Source: Thermoanaerobaculia bacterium (GTDB lineage: Bacteria; Acidobacteriota; Thermoanaerobaculia; UBA5066). Taken from it: a stretch of 64,000 bases of DNA. The stretch covers positions 401,595 to 465,594 of the forward strand of contig CAWGCY010000004.1 in assembly GCA_963821225.1 (NCBI GenBank), written 5' to 3'. Positions 47,707 through 57,440 of this stretch are shown piece after piece. The notes beneath the pieces are model-generated. The model searched no databases and was not told where the DNA came from. It worked only from the letters and a program-made list of their open reading frames with translations. The translations under genes were made by a program, and so were the position numbers. Within the stretch, counting starts at the first letter, position 1. Each line of letters starts with the position of its first letter.

Positions 47707-50700
47707 ATGAAGCGTCTGCGCTTCCTCGCGGGCCTCCACGTCTCGGTTCTTCCCAGCGTCAATTTCTTCGGCCGGCGCCGCTCGGGAAGGCTTCCGGCGG
47801 GAGCGGCGGCCCTGGCCCTGCTCCTGCTCGCCGCGCAAGGGGCTCTCGGCGCGCGGCCCGACGAGGCGCCGATGTCCGTCGGATCCGTGCCGCGTGAGGT
47901 GGCGGGCGCCCGCGACATCGCCCGGCTCGACGGAGACGTCCGTCTCGATCGCGTGATCCTCGTCCTTCCGAGGCGCGATCCGGAGGGCCTCGCGCGCCTC
48001 CTCGCGGATCAACACGATCCGGGGTCTCTGGACTATCACCGCTGGCTCTCGCCCGCCGAGTTCACGCAGCGCTTCGGCGCCTCGGACGAAGACGTCGCCG
48101 CCGTCAGGGAATGGCTCACGAGCCACGGCCTCGATGTGGAAGAGGCGCCGGCCGGGCGCGCCGCGCTCGTGTTCTCGGGCCGCGCCGCCGACGTGGAGGG
48201 CGCTTTCGACACGGAGCTTCACGAGGTCCTGGCCGAAGGCAGAGTCCGGGTGGCGAACGTGAGGGCGCCGAGTCTGCCGCGCGGTCTCGCACGCCGGGTC
48301 GCGAGTGTTCTCTCGCTCCACTCGTTCCCGCGTCTCCACCCACTCGTGCACCGGAGGCCCGAGACGACGGTCGCGGAAGGCCATCTTCTCGCGCCCGCCG
48401 ATTTCACCGCGATCTACAACGTAGATGCACTCGCCAGCACAGGGCTGACCGGCGCCGGGCGGACGATCGGCCTTCTCGGACGATCGAACGTCAGCGTGGG
48501 GGACACGACGTTCTTTCGCTCGTACTTCGGACTCCCGGCCAACGACCCTTCGGTCGTCGTCAACGGTGAGGACCCGGGCGTTTCCGAGGACGACGAGGTC
48601 GAATCCGATCTCGACGTCCAGTGGGCCGGCGCCGTCGCCCCGGCGGCCCGGACCTTCCTCGTCACGTCGAAGTCGACGCTGACGACGGACGGGATCGACC
48701 TCTCGGCGCTCTACGCGGTCGGCCACGACCTCGTGGACGTGCTGTCCGTGTCGTACGGCGCGTGCGAGGGCGACGTCGGCGAGGAGGAGACTGCCTTCTA
48801 CGCGAGCGTCTGGGCGCAGGCGGCCGCGCAGGGGACGTCCGTGATGGTGGCGTCGGGGGACAGCGGCGTCGCGGGCTGTCAGCGTTTCTTCGATGTGTTC
48901 GGGACGAAGGCTGGGGTGAACGGGCTGGGCTCGTCGCCTTACGTCACGTCCGTGGGCGGAACGCAGTTTCTCGACACCGGCGACCCGTCGACGTACTGGA
49001 GCCCGACGAACGACCCGACGACGAAGAAGTCCGTGAAGGGCTACATTCCCGAAGCGGTCTGGAACGAAAGCGGCACGATGCCCGGCGGGTCGGGGCTGGC
49101 GGGATCGGGGGGCGGCCCGAGCCTCGCGTTCGCGCGCCCGCCCTGGCAGAACGTCACCGGCCTTCCCGCGGACAGCGCCCGCTACGTGCCCGACGTCTCC
49201 CTCGCCGCCGCGTCGCACACTCCGTATCTCATCGTGCAGGGGCACACGACCGGCACGAGCGGCCTCGCCTCCGTGGGCGGCACGTCGGCCTCGTCTCCGG
49301 CCTTCGCGGGCATCGTCGCCCTTCTCGCACAGCGGGCGGGGGGACGCCTCGGAACCACGAACCCGCTCCTCTACTCGGTGGGCCGCGCGCAGTACGGGAC
49401 GGCAAGCGCAACGGCGCCGGCGGCTCTCGCGGCCGGCGCGTCCGCCTTCCACGACATCACGACGGGCGACACGTCCGTCCCCGGGCTCACGGGATTCGCG
49501 GCCGGGCCCGGGTACGATCCTGCGACGGGCCTCGGCTCCGTCGACGCCGCGGCGCTCGCGTCCGCGCTGCCGGATCCGGCCCGGGCGCCGGCCACGACGG
49601 ACTTTACCCTCGGGGCGAGCCCCGCGACGCCCGTCCTCCCGGCGGGAGGCACCGTCGCCGTGAGACTCGCGCTCTTCCAGGTCGGCACGAGCGACGCGGA
49701 CGCCGTCGCCACCGTGACGGTCGAAGGCCTTCCGACGGGCGTGACCGCGGAATTCCATCCGGGGAACCCCGCCGACTCGGCCGCGGGCGTCCTCTCACGC
49801 ACCCAGCCCGCAACGCTCACTCTCCGCGCCTCCGGCGCCCCTGCCGGAACCTATCGCCTCGACGTCACGGCGAAGGCCGGATCGGTCACGCGGCGGATTG
49901 CGCTGTTCCTCACGGTGGGAAGCGGCCCTTCAGCGGCCCTGACCGGCGCGGTCGTGCAGGTGCCGGTCGTCCTCGACGTCCACGGCGCGGCTTCGTCGCA
50001 CTACACGTCGGACTTCGTGGCCGTGAACCGCAGCGAAACCGACGCGACGCTCGTTCTCGTCTACGTCCCCGCGCCGGGCACCCCGGGCGCCGGCGGACCC
50101 GCCCTGGCGCGGACGCTGTTCGCGGGGCGGCAGATCTACATTCCAGACGTCATCGCGTACCTCGCGGCCAACGGATGGGCGCTGCCCCCGGACGGGTCCG
50201 GAAAGCTCGGAACGCTCTTCGCGACGTTCGTCGGCGTGAGCGACCCGACTGCCGTTTTTGCCGGCTCACGGACGTCCACTCCGAACCTCTCGGCTTCCGT
50301 CGGCGGGGCCTTCGGCACGTTCGCGTCGGCGGTTCCTGCCGGGAGCGCCACTTCCGGAGACGCGTGGATCTATGGGCTGCGAGAGGACGCGTCCTTCCGA
50401 TCGAACCTCACGGTGGTGCACGCGCCTGCAACCGCCTCCGGCACGACCTCCGGCCCCGTCTCCCTCGAGATCCAGCTCTACGACGGCGACAGCGGCGGGC
50501 TGGCGGGAGCTCCGCTCAAACAGACTCTCCAGCCGGGCGCTTCCTTCCAGTTCAACTCGATCCTCCGTTACACCCCCGTGCTGGTCAAACTGGGAATCCC
50601 GAACGGCTACGCGCGGGTGCGGCGCACGGCCGGGACCGACCGGTTCATCGCCTACGGCGTCGTGAACGACGGCGGCAGCGCGGGCGGCGGCACCTCGGAC

Positions 50701-51450
50701 GGCAGCCTCCTCGTTTCGGACGCGACCGAGGGCCTTCTGCCGATCGTCCTCGACGTCCCTGGCCCGGCGCACTTCTCGAGCGACCTCACACTGACGAACC
50801 CGACCAACACGCCCGTCAGCGTCGCGCTCACGTACACGGCGTCGGCGGCGCTCTCCGGGGAGGGGAGCGGCACGCGCTCGGTGACCCTCGGGACCCGCCG
50901 GCAGCTCGTGGTCGAAAACGCGATCTCCTATCTGCGCTCCCTTGGTCTCGCGATCCCCGCGGAGGGCAACCAGGGCGGCACGCTGCTCGTCACCGGCGCG
51001 GTCGCGCTGGCACGTACGACGAACCCGAACCCCGACACGGGCGTGGGCGGCTCGTACGGGCTGTCGTATCCGGCGGTATCGGAGTCTGCGCGCGCAAAGG
51101 GAGAGGCGTGGGTCTACGGCCTGCGACAGGACGCGGACGTGCGCAGCAACCTCGCGATCGCCGACGCCCGCGCCGGAAGCGCCGAGACGGTCAACTACGT
51201 CATCGACGTGTTCGACGCCGACACGGGTTCGACGACACCCGTACAGACGCTGACTCGTTTGCTGACGGGCGGGCAGTGGGCGCAGATCAATGGGATCCTC
51301 TCGGGCGCCGGCATCGCGCACGGGTACGTGCGCATCCGGCCGGAGTCGGGCACGTCGGACTTCGTCGCGTACGGCGTCGTGAACGACGGGCCCGCGGCCG
51401 GCTCGCACACCTCCGACGGCTCGTACATTTCGATGGTCGTGACGAATTAG
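47707..51450 (+). CDS. Sedolisin (S53, kumamolisin-like) serine-carboxyl peptidase precursor with large duplicated C-terminal domains
   Basis: Signal peptide. Pro-kumamolisin activation domain. Catalytic E/D and SGDSG-type region (DLDVQWAGAVAP, MVASGDSGVAGC, GGTSASSPAFAGIVALL). The C-terminal ~600 aa contain two homologous ~230-aa modules (..AWIYGLREDASFRSNLTV.. and ..AWVYGLRQDADVRSNLAI.., both ending ..AYGVVNDG..SDGS). ATG at 47707 is preceded by GGAGGA. Confidence 0.75.
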   Translation: MKRLRFLAGLHVSVLPSVNFFGRRRSGRLPAGAAALALLLLAAQGALGARPDEAPMSVGSVPREVAGARDIARLDGDVRLDRVILVLPRRDPEGLARLLADQHDPGSLDYHRWLSPAEFTQRFGASDEDVAAVREWLTSHGLDVEEAPAGRAALVFSGRAADVEGAFDTELHEVLAEGRVRVANVRAPSLPRGLARRVASVLSLHSFPRLHPLVHRRPETTVAEGHLLAPADFTAIYNVDALASTGLTGAGRTIGLLGRSNVSVGDTTFFRSYFGLPANDPSVVVNGEDPGVSEDDEVESDLDVQWAGAVAPAARTFLVTSKSTLTTDGIDLSALYAVGHDLVDVLSVSYGACEGDVGEEETAFYASVWAQAAAQGTSVMVASGDSGVAGCQRFFDVFGTKAGVNGLGSSPYVTSVGGTQFLDTGDPSTYWSPTNDPTTKKSVKGYIPEAVWNESGTMPGGSGLAGSGGGPSLAFARPPWQNVTGLPADSARYVPDVSLAAASHTPYLIVQGHTTGTSGLASVGGTSASSPAFAGIVALLAQRAGGRLGTTNPLLYSVGRAQYGTASATAPAALAAGASAFHDITTGDTSVPGLTGFAAGPGYDPATGLGSVDAAALASALPDPARAPATTDFTLGASPATPVLPAGGTVAVRLALFQVGTSDADAVATVTVEGLPTGVTAEFHPGNPADSAAGVLSRTQPATLTLRASGAPAGTYRLDVTAKAGSVTRRIALFLTVGSGPSAALTGAVVQVPVVLDVHGAASSHYTSDFVAVNRSETDATLVLVYVPAPGTPGAGGPALARTLFAGRQIYIPDVIAYLAANGWALPPDGSGKLGTLFATFVGVSDPTAVFAGSRTSTPNLSASVGGAFGTFASAVPAGSATSGDAWIYGLREDASFRSNLTVVHAPATASGTTSGPVSLEIQLYDGDSGGLAGAPLKQTLQPGASFQFNSILRYTPVLVKLGIPNGYARVRRTAGTDRFIAYGVVNDGGSAGGGTSDGSLLVSDATEGLLPIVLDVPGPAHFSSDLTLTNPTNTPVSVALTYTASAALSGEGSGTRSVTLGTRRQLVVENAISYLRSLGLAIPAEGNQGGTLLVTGAVALARTTNPNPDTGVGGSYGLSYPAVSESARAKGEAWVYGLRQDADVRSNLAIADARAGSAETVNYVIDVFDADTGSTTPVQTLTRLLTGGQWAQINGILSGAGIAHGYVRIRPESGTSDFVAYGVVNDGPAAGSHTSDGSYISMVVTN

Positions 51451-51466
51451 GGAGAGATCCGGAACC

Positions 51467-51766
51467 TCAACTCGCCTTCAGGAGAGGTCTCGGCAGGCTC
51501 TGGACTTGGCCGGCGGCCTCGTAGAGATCGACGGCCTTCTGCGCGTTCATCCAGAAGTCCGGCGAGGTCCGGAAGGTGGCTCCGAGCCTCAGCGCCATCT
51601 CGGCCGTCACGGCGCACCGGCCGTTGACGATGCGATTTACGACCTTGACGTCACATCCCAGGTGATCGGCCAGGACCCTCTGGCTCAGCCCGAGCGGGAC
51701 GAGGAACTCCTCGCGGAGAATTTCTCCGGGGGAAGTCGGCTTGCGGCGTCGCGCACGGTCACTCAT
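51467..51766 (-). CDS. higA: HigA-type antitoxin (XRE-family HTH)
   Basis: SPGEILREEFLVPLGLSQRVLADHLGCDVKVVNRIVNGRCAVTAEMALRLGATFRTSPDFWMNAQ is the canonical HigA/VapI HTH. Probable ATG at MSDRARRRK. Confidence 0.75.
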   Translation of the reverse strand: MSDRARRRKPTSPGEILREEFLVPLGLSQRVLADHLGCDVKVVNRIVNGRCAVTAEMALRLGATFRTSPDFWMNAQKAVDLYEAAGQVQSLPRPLLKAS

Positions 51767-51782
51767 CTTCACACCTCGACTC

Positions 51783-52073
51783 TCAGTGGTAGTCCCGGAT
51801 GTCAACGTCCGTCGGACCGGAGGAAGTCCAACGGAAGACGACTCTCCATTGGTCGTTGATTCGGATGCTGTGGAAACCCAGCAGGTCCCCTTTCAACGGC
51901 TCGAGATGATTTCCGGGGGGAGAGGCAAGGTCTGTCAGCTGAACGGCGTAATCCAGCATGTCGAGCTTGCGGGCCGCGACCTTCGCCACGCCAGACCACT
52001 TCACGCCCGGGCCGAGTCGGCCCTGTCGAAAGAACCTCTCCACGACGACACTGGCAAAGCCCCGGATCGCCAT
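51783..52073 (-). CDS. higB: HigB-type toxin (RelE/ParE superfamily, plasmid maintenance system killer)
   Basis: 96 aa, MAIRGFASVVVERFF...LEPLKGDLLGFHSIRINDQWRVVFRW. Immediately upstream of higA (toxin-first order typical of HigBA). Confidence 0.75.
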   Translation of the reverse strand: MAIRGFASVVVERFFRQGRLGPGVKWSGVAKVAARKLDMLDYAVQLTDLASPPGNHLEPLKGDLLGFHSIRINDQWRVVFRWTSSGPTDVDIRDYH

Positions 52074-52081
52074 CGCCGACG

Positions 52082-52106
52082 ATATACCGTATCGCGGTAT
52101 ACCGTG
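52082..52106. promoter_or_regulatory. Putative HigBA operator: direct repeat TATACCGT x2 with embedded inverted repeat ATACCG/CGGTAT
   Basis: GATATACCGTATCGCGGTATACCGTGTC lies immediately upstream of the higB start. Confidence 0.35.
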
Positions 52107-52167
52107 TCAAGGTACATTCGGACCTCCTGGCTTGCGAAAGGCCGAGTTGGGACCCCTTTTACGGATC

Positions 52168-52538
52168 CTTCTCAAAATGGTGGAGGCGGGGGGAGTCGAA
52201 CCCCCGTCCGAAGCGCCCGAACGTCGAGATTCTCCACGCTCAGTCCGGACTTGTTTTTCTAGCCGCCGCGTCTTCAGGTCCGGACGACCGGGCGCGGCAG
52301 CGAACCTGAAACTCTCGGGACGCCTCTTCAGATGGCGGAGGCGGCCCCAGCCCGGATTTCGCGTCAAACGCCGAGGCGCCCCGGACAGGCTCCCCGGCGC
52401 CCGTCACGGCTAATTAGGCCGCGAGAGCGAGGTCGCTGTTGTTGGCAGCTGGTTGTTGACCGTCGTTTTTACGAGCGAACGGCCGTGCTCGGCGTGCTCC
52501 TCGATCGCTGAATGCCCCGTCGAAACCGGGACGCCCCC
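52168..52538 (-). ncRNA. ssrA: tmRNA (ssrA)
   Basis: On the minus strand. 5' GGGGGCGTCCCGGTTTCGACGGGG... pairs with 3' ...GGACGGGGGTTCGACTCCCCCCGCCTCCACCA (T-arm GGGGGTTCGACTCCCCC, acceptor plus CCA). Internal tag reading frame ...GCC AAC AAC AGC GAC CTC GCT CTC GCG GCC TAA encodes ANNSDLALAA-stop. Length ~370 nt. Confidence 0.8.
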
Positions 52539-52607
52539 AATCGTGACCGACGAGGATACCAGAACCATGGGGCGGCCATCCAGCCGGAGAATCGCCATAA
52601 TCCCGGA

Positions 52608-54140
52608 GTGAGACGTCGCGCGCCGCTCTCTTCTTGCGCCGCCGCGGCCGCGCTGTTGCTGGCCGCGCTCCCCGTGCGCGGAGAGGACGTGACGGCGACT
52701 TTCTCCCGTCCGGACAGGCCTCCGGCGAGCCTTCGCGCGGAGGAACGCGACGGCCGGACGTACCTCTCCGTGAACGACGCCGTCACGGCGCTCGATGGCT
52801 CGATGACGTTTGACGACAAGACCAGGTCGTACGAGGTGAAGCTCAAGGGGCGGTCGGCGGTCTTCGGGCTGGACGCGGCGCTCGCGGTCGTGGACACGAA
52901 GCTCGTCTCCCTGGGCGCGCCGGTGCGCGGCCGCGGCGCCCTCGCATGGGCGGAGCCGGAGTTCTTCCAGAAGGTCGTCGGGCCGATGGTGGGTCTTTCC
53001 CTCTCGTGGGACCGCGCGACGCGGACGCTGTCGGTGCGAAGGGGAGAAACCGCCGAGATCACGGTCGAGCCCTCGGTGGCCGATCTCGGTGAGACGACGA
53101 AGATCGTCCTGCGCTTCTCGCAGGCGCCGTCGTACGCCGTCGAGAAAGCCAACGATCAGGTCATCCTCCACGTCCCGAACGCGCACCTCGTGATGCAGCC
53201 TCAGGACAAGCCCCTCGAGTCGGCGCGCATCGCGCGTCTCGTCGTCAAAGGCGGCGACATCACGATCGTCTTCCGGGAAAAGGACCTCGTGCCGAACGTC
53301 TACGCGCTCGGGGCGCCGCCGCGCCTCGTCGTGGATCTGGCGAAGGGAGGCTCGCCGGCGCCGAACGGCACGCGCTCTCCGGTTCCGGCACCGGGGCTGC
53401 CGCCGGCCGCGAGGCCGAAGACCATCGTGCTCGACCCCGGGCACGGGGGCGTCGAGGAAGGGGCGAAGGGTCCGGGCGGCCTCCTCGAGAAGGATGCCAC
53501 GCTCGCGTTGGCGAAGACGATCCAGGAAGTCCTCCAGCGCCGCGGCTACCGCGTCGTGACGACGCGCCTCTCCGATGCCACGGTCGGCCTCGACGATCGT
53601 GCCGCGCAGGCGAACGCGGCGAAGGCGGACGTCTTTCTCTCGATCCACTGCAACGCGTCGCGCGCCCCCAACGCGCACGGAACCGAGGTGTACTACCTCT
53701 CGCTCGACGCTTCGGACCGCGCCGCGGCTCTTCTCGCCGAGAGCGAGAACGCGACAAGAGCCGCGACGCCGGACACGGCCGAGAAGAACGCGGCGGTGCG
53801 CGACCTCGATCTGATCCTCTGGGACCTCGCGCAGAACCAGCATCTCTCGGCGTCCGCGCGACTCGCGGAGATCGTGCAGGCCGACTTCAACCGGCTGCTC
53901 GGGATCACGACGCGCGGCGTGAAGCAGGCGCCGTTCCGCGTCCTCGTCGGCGTCAACGCCCCGGCCGTCCTCGTGGAGGTCGCGTTCATCACGAACCCGG
54001 ACGAAGAGACACGCATCGGGTCGGAGGAGTTCCGGCGCCAGGCGGCGGAAACGCTCGCCGGGAGCCTCGACACCTATTTCCGCACGGCGGACTCCGTGGC
54101 GCCGGTGCCCTACGCGCCGAAAGCGTCCGGCAAGAGCTAG
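52608..54140 (+). CDS. amiC: N-acetylmuramoyl-L-alanine amidase (AmiC-like: AMIN domain + Amidase_3)
   Basis: GTG start gives signal peptide MRRRAPLSSCAAAAALLLAALPVRG. N-terminal AMIN-like beta domain. The catalytic domain has IVLDPGHGG...SIHCNAS...EVAFITN motifs. Confidence 0.8.
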   Translation: MRRRAPLSSCAAAAALLLAALPVRGEDVTATFSRPDRPPASLRAEERDGRTYLSVNDAVTALDGSMTFDDKTRSYEVKLKGRSAVFGLDAALAVVDTKLVSLGAPVRGRGALAWAEPEFFQKVVGPMVGLSLSWDRATRTLSVRRGETAEITVEPSVADLGETTKIVLRFSQAPSYAVEKANDQVILHVPNAHLVMQPQDKPLESARIARLVVKGGDITIVFREKDLVPNVYALGAPPRLVVDLAKGGSPAPNGTRSPVPAPGLPPAARPKTIVLDPGHGGVEEGAKGPGGLLEKDATLALAKTIQEVLQRRGYRVVTTRLSDATVGLDDRAAQANAAKADVFLSIHCNASRAPNAHGTEVYYLSLDASDRAAALLAESENATRAATPDTAEKNAAVRDLDLILWDLAQNQHLSASARLAEIVQADFNRLLGITTRGVKQAPFRVLVGVNAPAVLVEVAFITNPDEETRIGSEEFRRQAAETLAGSLDTYFRTADSVAPVPYAPKASGKS

Positions 54141-54153
54141 ACACGGCCGCCGC

Positions 54154-54903
54154 ATGCCGCGCCGTTTCGCCCTCGCACTCGTCGTCCTGCTCCTCCTGCT
54201 TCTTTCGGCCCTTCTCCTCGGGCGCCGCATGAGGGGGCCGTCGCCGGCGGCCGCGGCCGTGCCCACGCTGCGCCCGACGGCCGTCATTCCTCCGACGCCC
54301 ATCGCGGCCCGGCAGGTGTCGCTCTACTTCGAGTCTTCCGCCGACGACCTTCTCCACCCGGAAGCGCGGGACGTGCCCGCGGCGGTCGACGACGTGGCGT
54401 TCCTCAGGTCCGTCGCCGCCGCCGTGATGGACGGGCCGCGTCGCCAGGAGCTCGTGCGACCTTTTCCCGAGGGCTGGTCTTTGCGAGGCGCGTACCTCCT
54501 GCGCGAAGGAATCGCCGTGATCGACCTCGCCCCGCCGCCCCTCCTCGCGCCGCGCGAACCCGGAACCCCGGTGAGCCCGCGCTGGCAGGCCGGCTCCCAC
54601 GAAGAGGACACGGCCATTCAGGCGCTCGCCGTCACTCTCGCGAAGAACCTGCCCGCGGTGACGCGCGTCGTGCTCCTCGTGGCGGGTGAGTCGGCGGAGA
54701 CTCTCGGCGGCCACGCGGATCTCCTGCATCCGATCGCACCCGATCTCAAGCGCGCCGCCGAAGAGCCGGCGCTCGAGGCGCCGACCGCCACGCCGTCGCC
54801 CGCCGTTTCGCCTTCACCGCTCGCCCCTTCACCCGTCCCTTCTCCCGCGGTTCCGCCCCGGCGTCCCGCTTCGCGCCAGCGCGCGCCCGCCGAGCGAACA
54901 TGA
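54154..54903 (+). CDS. GerMN-domain protein (membrane-anchored)
   Basis: N-terminal TM. Region ...VSLYFESSADDLLHPEARDV...GIAVIDLAPP...VTRVVLLVAGE is typical of GerMN domains, which commonly sit beside amidase and murI genes. Pro-rich tail. Confidence 0.55.
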   Translation: MPRRFALALVVLLLLLLSALLLGRRMRGPSPAAAAVPTLRPTAVIPPTPIAARQVSLYFESSADDLLHPEARDVPAAVDDVAFLRSVAAAVMDGPRRQELVRPFPEGWSLRGAYLLREGIAVIDLAPPPLLAPREPGTPVSPRWQAGSHEEDTAIQALAVTLAKNLPAVTRVVLLVAGESAETLGGHADLLHPIAPDLKRAAEEPALEAPTATPSPAVSPSPLAPSPVPSPAVPPRRPASRQRAPAERT

Positions 54904-55721
54904 GCGACTCCAGGCCGATCGGCCTTTTCGACTCAGGAGTGGGAGGCCTCACGGTTCTCGAAGCCGTCGCGCGACGGATGCCGTATGAAGACCTCCTCTA
55001 TCTCGGCGACACGGCGAGGTTGCCGTACGGCACGAAGTCGCCCGAAACGGTGCGGCGCTACGCGCGCCGAGCGATCGGCTTCCTGCTTTCTCAGGGGGTC
55101 AAGGCCGTCGTCGTGGCCTGCAACACGGCCTCGGCCCTCGCTCTCGACGTCATCGAGGAGATGTCGGCGGTCCCGGTCGTCGGCGTCGTCGCACCCGGCG
55201 CCGAGGCCGCGGTCGGAGCGGCGCTGGCCTCGGACCTCGGCGGCGTGAAGGGACCCATCGCGGTTCTCGCGACCGAGGCGACCGTCGCGTCGGACGCTTA
55301 CGGCCGCGCCATCCGGGCGCTCGATCCGGGGCGGGACGTCGTGCACACGGCCTGTCCCCTCTTCGTGCCTCTCGCCGAGGAGGGCTGGACGGATAACGAG
55401 GTCGCGCGCTCGGCGGCGGCACGCTATCTTGCGGACGTGCCGCGCGCGGGCGCGCGAGTCGTCGTCCTCGGGTGCACGCACTATCCGCTCCTGGCGCGGA
55501 CGATCGCTCTCGCGCTGCCTGCGGACACCATTCTCGTGAATTCCGCCGAGACGACGGCGCGCGCCGTCGAAGCGGCCCTGCCCCCCGGATCGCGCCGGAG
55601 CGAGACCTCCCAGGGAACGACGCGCCTCCTCGTGACCGACGCGTCCGAGCGCCTCCGCCGCGTGGCGGGGCGATTTCTCGGCCGTCCGGCAGCGGACCTG
55701 ACGCTCGTGGATCTCCCTTAG
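54900..55721 (+). CDS. murI: Glutamate racemase
   Basis: [15 protein letters not shown] ... VVACNTAS ... LGCTHYPLL (the two catalytic Cys motifs). Confidence 0.85.
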   Translation: MSDSRPIGLFDSGVGGLTVLEAVARRMPYEDLLYLGDTARLPYGTKSPETVRRYARRAIGFLLSQGVKAVVVACNTASALALDVIEEMSAVPVVGVVAPGAEAAVGAALASDLGGVKGPIAVLATEATVASDAYGRAIRALDPGRDVVHTACPLFVPLAEEGWTDNEVARSAAARYLADVPRAGARVVVLGCTHYPLLARTIALALPADTILVNSAETTARAVEAALPPGSRRSETSQGTTRLLVTDASERLRRVAGRFLGRPAADLTLVDLP

Positions 55722-55753
55722 CGGCCGGCGCGCCGTTGCGACAGAATCCCGCC

Positions 55754-56614
55754 GTGACGTCTCCCTCGCACGGCGGCCCGCCGCGTCCCGACGGCCGTGG
55801 CCCGCTCGACCTCCGGCCCGTGACCATCGTCTGCGACCCCGTGACTCACGCGGAAGGCTCCTGCCTCGTGACGCAGGGCCGAACACAGGTGCTCGTGACG
55901 GCCTCGGTCGAGGCGAAGGTCCCGCCCTTCCTGCAGAAGACCGGTCTCGGATGGGTGACGGCCGAATACGGGATGCTGCCGCGGGCCACGCACGAGAGGA
56001 GTCCTCGCGAAGCTTCGCGCGGCAGGCAGTCCGGGAGGACGCTGGAGATCCAGCGCCTCATCGGGCGGGCCCTGCGCGGCGTCGTGGACCGCTCGCGGCT
56101 CGCCGATCGCACGCTCACGCTCGACTGCGACGTCCTCGTCGCGGACGCCGGGACCCGCTGCGCCTCCGTCACGGGCGCGTACGTCGCGCTCGCGCTCGCC
56201 TGCGCGTCGCTCGCGAAGGCGGGCGACATCCGGGCGAACCCCTTGCGCGAAGCCGTCGCCGCCGTCTCCCTCGGCCTCCAACAGGGGCGCGTCCTCCTCG
56301 ATCTCGACTACGCCGAGGATTCGGCGGCCGACGTGGACCTGAACGTCGTCGGGACGTCGAGCGGGCGGTTCGTCGAGATCCAGGGCACCGCCGAGCGCGA
56401 GCCCTTCGACGAGAAGCAGCTCGTCGGCCTGCTCGCGGCCGGGCGCAAAGGGCTCGCCGCGCTTTTCGCGGCACAGCGCGCCGCGCTCCTCGGGCGGCTT
56501 CCGGAGGAGTGGCTCGACGCGTTGGCCCCCTCCTCACCGACCGCGGGCGCTCACGCCGCGAAGAAACCGCGAAGCGTCGCGGCGAGGCGTGGAGGATCTT
56601 CCAGGAGAGCGTAA
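55754..56614 (+). CDS. rph: Ribonuclease PH
   Basis: GTG start. [15 protein letters not shown]...EGSCLV..G.T.VL..AS... [14 protein letters not shown] ... match RNase PH. About 30-40 aa longer at the C-terminus than typical, overlapping the convergent hydrolase gene. Confidence 0.8.
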   Translation: MTSPSHGGPPRPDGRGPLDLRPVTIVCDPVTHAEGSCLVTQGRTQVLVTASVEAKVPPFLQKTGLGWVTAEYGMLPRATHERSPREASRGRQSGRTLEIQRLIGRALRGVVDRSRLADRTLTLDCDVLVADAGTRCASVTGAYVALALACASLAKAGDIRANPLREAVAAVSLGLQQGRVLLDLDYAEDSAADVDLNVVGTSSGRFVEIQGTAEREPFDEKQLVGLLAAGRKGLAALFAAQRAALLGRLPEEWLDALAPSSPTAGAHAAKKPRSVAARRGGSSRRA

Positions 56615-57309
56615 TGCCCGATCCCCGGCAGCTCGAGGAATGTCGCGTCTCTTCGGGCCGAGAGAATCGCGCGCACCTCTTCGGCGGGCGCGAGCGGGTC
56701 GCGCGCGCCGGTCACGAGAAGGAGCGGCATCGACGTCCCGAAGAGTCTCTCCGCGAGCGGCCGGGCGGCGAGAACGCCGTCCACGAGCCTCTCGATGGCC
56801 TGGACGACCTCTGCGCGCCGGGGCCCCGTCCGCGCGGCGACCGTCCGCGCGACGAAGCCCGCGCGCCCGGGCCCGTCCACCGCGAAGCCGTAGCCTGCGG
56901 CGCTTCGGAGCGAGCTTTCGGGCACGCTCTCGATGACCGCGCGCCGGGACATCGCCATCCACTTGAGGCGGTCGGTGAGGCCGTAGGGCGCGGACCCGAG
57001 CGGGGACACGAGCGCGAGGGCGCGCACGCTGCCCGGCGCGAGCGCCGCCACCTCACCGGCCACGCGTCCGCCGAGCGAATGACCCGCGAGGAGCACCGGC
57101 TCCTTTCCGATCTCGCCGAGGACCCAGCGGGCGAGTGGTTCCATCTCGTAGCCCGTTCCGGGACCCGGACCGCGGGCCGAGCCCGGGAGGTCGAGCGCGC
57201 GCACCGCGAAGTCCTTGGTGAGAATCGACGCGACCTCGGCCCAGTCCTCTGACGAGCCGCCCAGTCCGTGCAGGAGGACGAGGGTCCCCTTCGACTTCTT
57301 CGTGGCCAT
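56551..57309 (-). CDS. Alpha/beta-fold hydrolase
   Basis: [10 protein letters not shown] ... GHSLGG nucleophile elbow ... a C-terminal His is present. Confidence 0.7.
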   Translation of the reverse strand: MATKKSKGTLVLLHGLGGSSEDWAEVASILTKDFAVRALDLPGSARGPGPGTGYEMEPLARWVLGEIGKEPVLLAGHSLGGRVAGEVAALAPGSVRALALVSPLGSAPYGLTDRLKWMAMSRRAVIESVPESSLRSAAGYGFAVDGPGRAGFVARTVAARTGPRRAEVVQAIERLVDGVLAARPLAERLFGTSMPLLLVTGARDPLAPAEEVRAILSARRDATFLELPGIGHYALLEDPPRLAATLRGFFAA

Positions 57310-57328
57310 CGCTCAGAATCCTACCGGA

Positions 57329-57403
57329 CGGGGCGTGGCGCAGGGGTAGCGCACCTGCTTTGGGAGCAGGGGGTCGGCGGTTCGATCCCGCCCGCCCCGA
57401 CCA
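57329..57403 (+). tRNA. tRNA-Pro (anticodon UGG)
   Basis: Acceptor CGGGGCG/CGCCCCG (C1-G72, typical of bacterial tRNA-Pro), D-arm GCGC..GCGC, anticodon loop TTTGGGA (UGG, G37), T-arm GGCGG-TTCGATC-CCGCC, discriminator A, encoded CCA. Confidence 0.8.
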
Positions 57404-57440
57404 GAATTCGAAGTTCCTTGACGAGCGCCGGCGTGCCGCG

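Noticed and set aside
47428-51524. Alternate-frame giant ORFs (47668..49758 -, 48621..51524 +, 50266..51408 -) around the sedolisin gene
   Set aside because: Overlap a gene with clear S53 peptidase motifs. Their translations are Arg/Gly/Pro/Asp-rich with no motifs. The 47428 upstream extension of the sedolisin ORF itself overlaps the CoA-transferase gene and lacks an RBS, so ATG 47707 with GGAGGA was chosen.
52410-54302. 630-aa antisense ORF opposite ssrA/amiC and 52469..53152 (227 aa)
   Set aside because: Overlap tmRNA and a well-supported amidase gene. Arg-rich artefact translations.
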